DNA of 64,000 bases. It comes from Lingula anatina (lineage: Eukaryota; Animalia; Brachiopoda). Every line of letters starts with the position of its first letter. Within the stretch, counting starts at the first letter, position 1. Shown here piece after piece: positions 60,524 to 64,000 of this stretch. The notes under the pieces are model-generated. The model saw nothing but the letters and a program-made list of their open reading frames with translations, searched no databases and was not told where the DNA came from. The stretch lies in NCBI GenBank assembly GCA_051362555.1, contig CM120640.1, positions 47,222,788 through 47,286,787 on the forward strand, read 5' to 3'. The position numbers and the translations under genes are program-made.

Positions 60524-61191
60524 CACCCTGAGCTTCAGAGCTAACTTGACACTAACCTTTTCACTGTAGCCTATCTCCATCGTGTCAAGTAACCTCTGAC
60601 CAGATTCGATTGCCTCCGCCGCCCGCCAATCAAATTTAAAAGCCCGCACTCAATGACTCATTAAACGATCTAGCCAATGAACGCGAACGAGTCAAAGCGC
60701 GCTTTGTTCAAATCCGGACCAATCAAAGATAAGGCTGAATATCAGGGACTTGCCGTAACCTGTGGGCAGCACGCAAATAACATCGTCTCTCAATAGATAA
60801 TGATGCAGGGCCTCAAACTGCTAGACCCTATGGTTTCAATTCCGATTTACTCATATTTTGCAAAGAATCAAGATATAACTTAACACATTCTTTTTCGTAG
60901 TCACTCGCCTTGCTTTCTTTGTGTACGGTAATACACTCGGAACTACTCGGATGTCTCCGCACTCGACAATAACTATGTTGTTAGTATGGAGCTTGCGGAA
61001 TCAGCCGAGGATTGCCGATTGACGGTCAACCAATCAGCGTTTTCACCAAACTTTGGTGAAAAAATTTGAAACATGGGTTTGATTGGCTTATATAAACTAG
61101 GTCAAACTATTTTCGTCAGAGGTTACTTGACACGATGGAGATAGGCTACAGTGAAAAGGTTAGTGTCAAGTTAGCTCTGAAGCTCAGGGTG
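60524..61191. mobile_element. Non-autonomous DNA transposon (668 bp) with 77-bp perfect TIRs and 8-bp TSD
   Basis: TIR CACCCTGAGCTTCAGAGCTAACTTGACAC...CCTCTGAC at 60524-60600, reverse complement at 61115-61191; ACCAGCTG on both flanks (60516-60523, 61192-61199). Confidence 0.92.
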
Positions 61192-61217
61192 ACCAGCTGC
61201 ACCGTTAGCTCAAAATT

Positions 61218-62332
61218 GAATGGCTTGTGTCACTGTGTTAGAGAAGAAATATTGATTGTGCTATGTAACAGGGGCGTGGTGAGCTTCGCTTACATTGTTC
61301 GCTTTATTTGGGTAAACAAATTGTGTTATGGCTGCATCACGTCGTTTCGCAGTCTATTTCTATATTGGATCTACAAAAGACCATAGTCGAACATTGTTGT
61401 CAGCCAACTGTTGTGAATAAATCCATTTCCTCCTCCTCTCCACTCCTACCGCGTCACCCTAAAGAAATTTAGAGGATCTCATGTGAGGTGGAATTGTAAC
61501 AAAATCGAATAAGGGGAGTAGATTGTTAAATAAAAATGAAATCTCCTTACTAGAAGATAATAGGCCTGCTGAATTTGTGAGTGCTCGCATCCAAAAGCGT
61601 AATGTGGCATTTATCATTGATAGCATATTTAGAATTTGTACCTGGACACTTCCGTAAAAAAACCCAATGGAAAATTATACATCTAATTTGTTTCATAACT
61701 AAGTCTGGGTTCCTGAATTTGAACAGATTATTGATCAAAGTTAGAACTTCTTAATGATGAAATCCGCACGGTATTTGTTATTGCACGCCGCCCCCCTCTT
61801 TTCATATGTGTAGGCCTACATGCATTTCTCATTGAAATGATGTATTTCGACGTTAAAATGTGAAAATGTTATAGATTCTGTTTTGTTCCTGTATGTGAGC
61901 AAATTGTAAACAACGTGAGATCACATTTCTTAAAGAAGGAACAACCGCTGAATAATTTATTATTGCACAAAAAATTACCCCTTTTTTTATCTTCAGGGGT
62001 TTTAAAACTCCATTAATTTGTTGTTGTTGTTGTTATCATGTCACAGAATGGCTTGTGTCATTGTGTTAGAGAAGAAATATTGATTGTGCTATGTAATACA
62101 GGAGTGGTGAGCTTCGCTCACATGGCTCGCTTTATTTAAGTTAACAAATTGTGTTGCTGCATCACGTCTTTTAGCGGTTTATTTTCATATTGAATCTACA
62201 AATGACCAAAGTCAAACGTTGTCAGCCAACTGTTGTGAATAAATCCATTTGCTCTTCTTCTCCACTCCTACTGTGTCCCTCCAAAGACATTTAGAGGATC
62301 TCTTGTGAGGTGTAATAGTAACAAAATCGAAT
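61218..62332 (+). repeat. Diverged ~290 bp direct repeat pair (61218-61510 and 62046-62332)
   Basis: Both copies run from GAATGGCTTGTGTCA(C/T)TGTGTTAGAGAAGAAATATTGATTGTGCTATGTAA to GTAACAAAATCGAAT with scattered substitutions and indels. Confidence 0.88.
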
Positions 62333-63111
62333 TAAGCCTTAGGGAATTTTGGTGTGATATAATTTTCAGAAACTGAAGAGGGGTTCAGGACCCCCTGACC
62401 CCCCCCCCCCTTCTAAATCCGCCACTGTTTAAAAAATCCTGGATCTGCTCCTGTTATGTGCTCTCTTGCCTTTCTATGTCTCGAATTAAAAAGCAAATCT
62501 GTAGACCTCATGCAAGGAATTAAACAAAAGTAGGGTACATGTACATGTACATATGTACCATAGTAGGCTTACTTGGATCCGTTCCCGCTCTGATTCTGTA
62601 ACTTTATTTTAGTGAAAAAAAACTCTACAATTTAATCCAACACATGCAGGTTTATCGTAATGAAATAAAGCAAAATGCCCACATTTTCAAAAAAATTAAA
62701 CGCGACGTTCAGGTGAACTGAATGCGGTCGCACACCTGATTGTGCTGCGGGCCACCCAATGCGACAGGCTGTTCTCTCAAACGCTTTCACGCCACAACGT
62801 ATGGATATTTACAGTAAAATAACTTTTATGTTTTTTCGTCGTTCTGAAGGAAACAAATTATTACGTATGCTTCTTGGTTTTCTCACTGGTATTTCCGCCT
62901 GTAGCTTTTATTATATTTAATAAGGCTTGTTATTTACAAAATCATCACGCTAATATTGTCACCTTCAGAGGGGGGAGGACCGGATACTGTTAGTCTAGCA
63001 CGCGGAGGGCAAAACGAATATCAGTATGGCGACTGGTATAAACTGTCAGGTAGCTGCCCTTGGAGCCGGATTGGTTTCCACTGGAAATAATGTAGAAGCA
63101 GCATAGCAGAC

Positions 63112-63382
63112 ATGCCTTTTATCAAAAGGGCCGTTGACCCGGTCTATCTTAGCCGGCGATCACCTGAAAATGATCAAAATGAGGAGTTATTGTCGGTTTC
63201 GAACTGGACCTTGTCGCAAGCTCTGCGACAGTTAGGGAGTCTTGTTAAACATGCCAACGACATTTTTGCCGATGTGGCACTAGAGTTCCAAGCGATAGGG
63301 AAGAGGACCGAGAGGCTGTCACAGAGGACATCCAACCTGAAGGAGTTGGTCGAGGCTCTGGATCACAAAACTGCGATTGTTC
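63112..63382 (+). CDS. First coding exon of an NHS/NHSL-family protein (WAVE homology domain); gene continues beyond the window
   Basis: MPFIKRAVDPVYLSRR...LLSVSNWTLSQALRQLGSLVKHANDIF...LDHKTAIV then phase-1 donor C|gtaag. The MPF start and the LD..xxV-P end fit NHS/GUK-holder better than WASF itself. Confidence 0.8.
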
Positions 63383-64000
63383 GTAAGTGAAAGAACGTAG
63401 TACAACTCTACTACAACTTCTTACTACATGTCACCAACTGAGGCTGTGGCAATGGTCCGTTCTGTCGTTTCCCTGATTTATGAAAGTATCAATGTAATTT
63501 GAGATCATATTGAGCATTGTAGTTTCTTAGCATTCTAGGGTGGTATTTCAAAGTTAGGTTATCATTCAGAACTCGGTCAGATACACGTTGTTATCAGGGT
63601 ATCGGTGCACTTGACCCGCAAACAACGTTTTGTAAACAAATCTACTCCAATCAATGGGGTGTTCTGACATGCAGTTTAATATGAAAAATATCTCCTCTTT
63701 AGTAACTGAAATGACCTATCACAGTGACCAGACTGAAAACAACTTTTTAGCAGGAATGTTTTGCAGACCACTAAAACATGTAGCTCATTATTTTTTTCTA
63801 TGGCAAAGCATTTGACGACACCTGGGCAAATTTTTAAATCAGTGACATGTGGTGATGTCTTCATGTTGTTTCTTTTGAGAAGGGAAATCATGGGATATAC
63901 ATGTAGTTGTTATTGTAAATTTTACTTATTTCTTCACCTTATCTAACATCTTGCAGATTTAATTCACCGACTTCCCATTGACCACAACAAGCACTGTTGA

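Noticed and set aside
60455-61386. Two ORFs sharing MEIGYSEKVSVKLALKLRV on opposite strands
   Set aside because: Artefact of the transposon's inverted repeats; not a protein family.
63112-63382. Calling the last gene WASF/WAVE
   Set aside because: The WHD sequence lacks the typical WAVE ELECVTN and SKYAEDIFGEL signatures and fits NHS better; only one exon is visible, so no symbol is assigned.

Overview
AT-rich, intron-rich animal genomic DNA, probably from an invertebrate bilaterian (lophotrochozoan-like; the taxon cannot be fixed from the sequence). From left to right: (1) a minus-strand multi-exon gene running off the left edge, whose C-terminal exons resemble the TNKS1BP1/KIAA1671 Tankyrase_bdg_C region and which has several alternative, phase-compatible N-terminal exons; (2) a divergently transcribed 21-exon plus-strand gene for a fused nucleotidyltransferase-glucuronokinase (gkup-like), whose 4th intron holds nested Helentron/HINE-type elements with satellite-like internal arrays; (3) a minus-strand gene that, when spliced by hand, encodes a ~603 aa TIR-like / coiled-coil / Death domain / CARD protein with a palindromic kappaB-like site in its putative first intron, the most unusual item here; (4) three tandem ANKUB1-like paralogs with intronless CDSs; (5) the first coding exon of an NHS-family (WAVE-homology domain) gene. 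There are also several MITEs with clear TIRs and TSDs, and a visible shift from CpG-poor to CpG-rich DNA near 42 kb. All exon structures were deduced by eye from GT-AG sites and reading-frame continuity; family calls rest on remembered motifs, not database searches.
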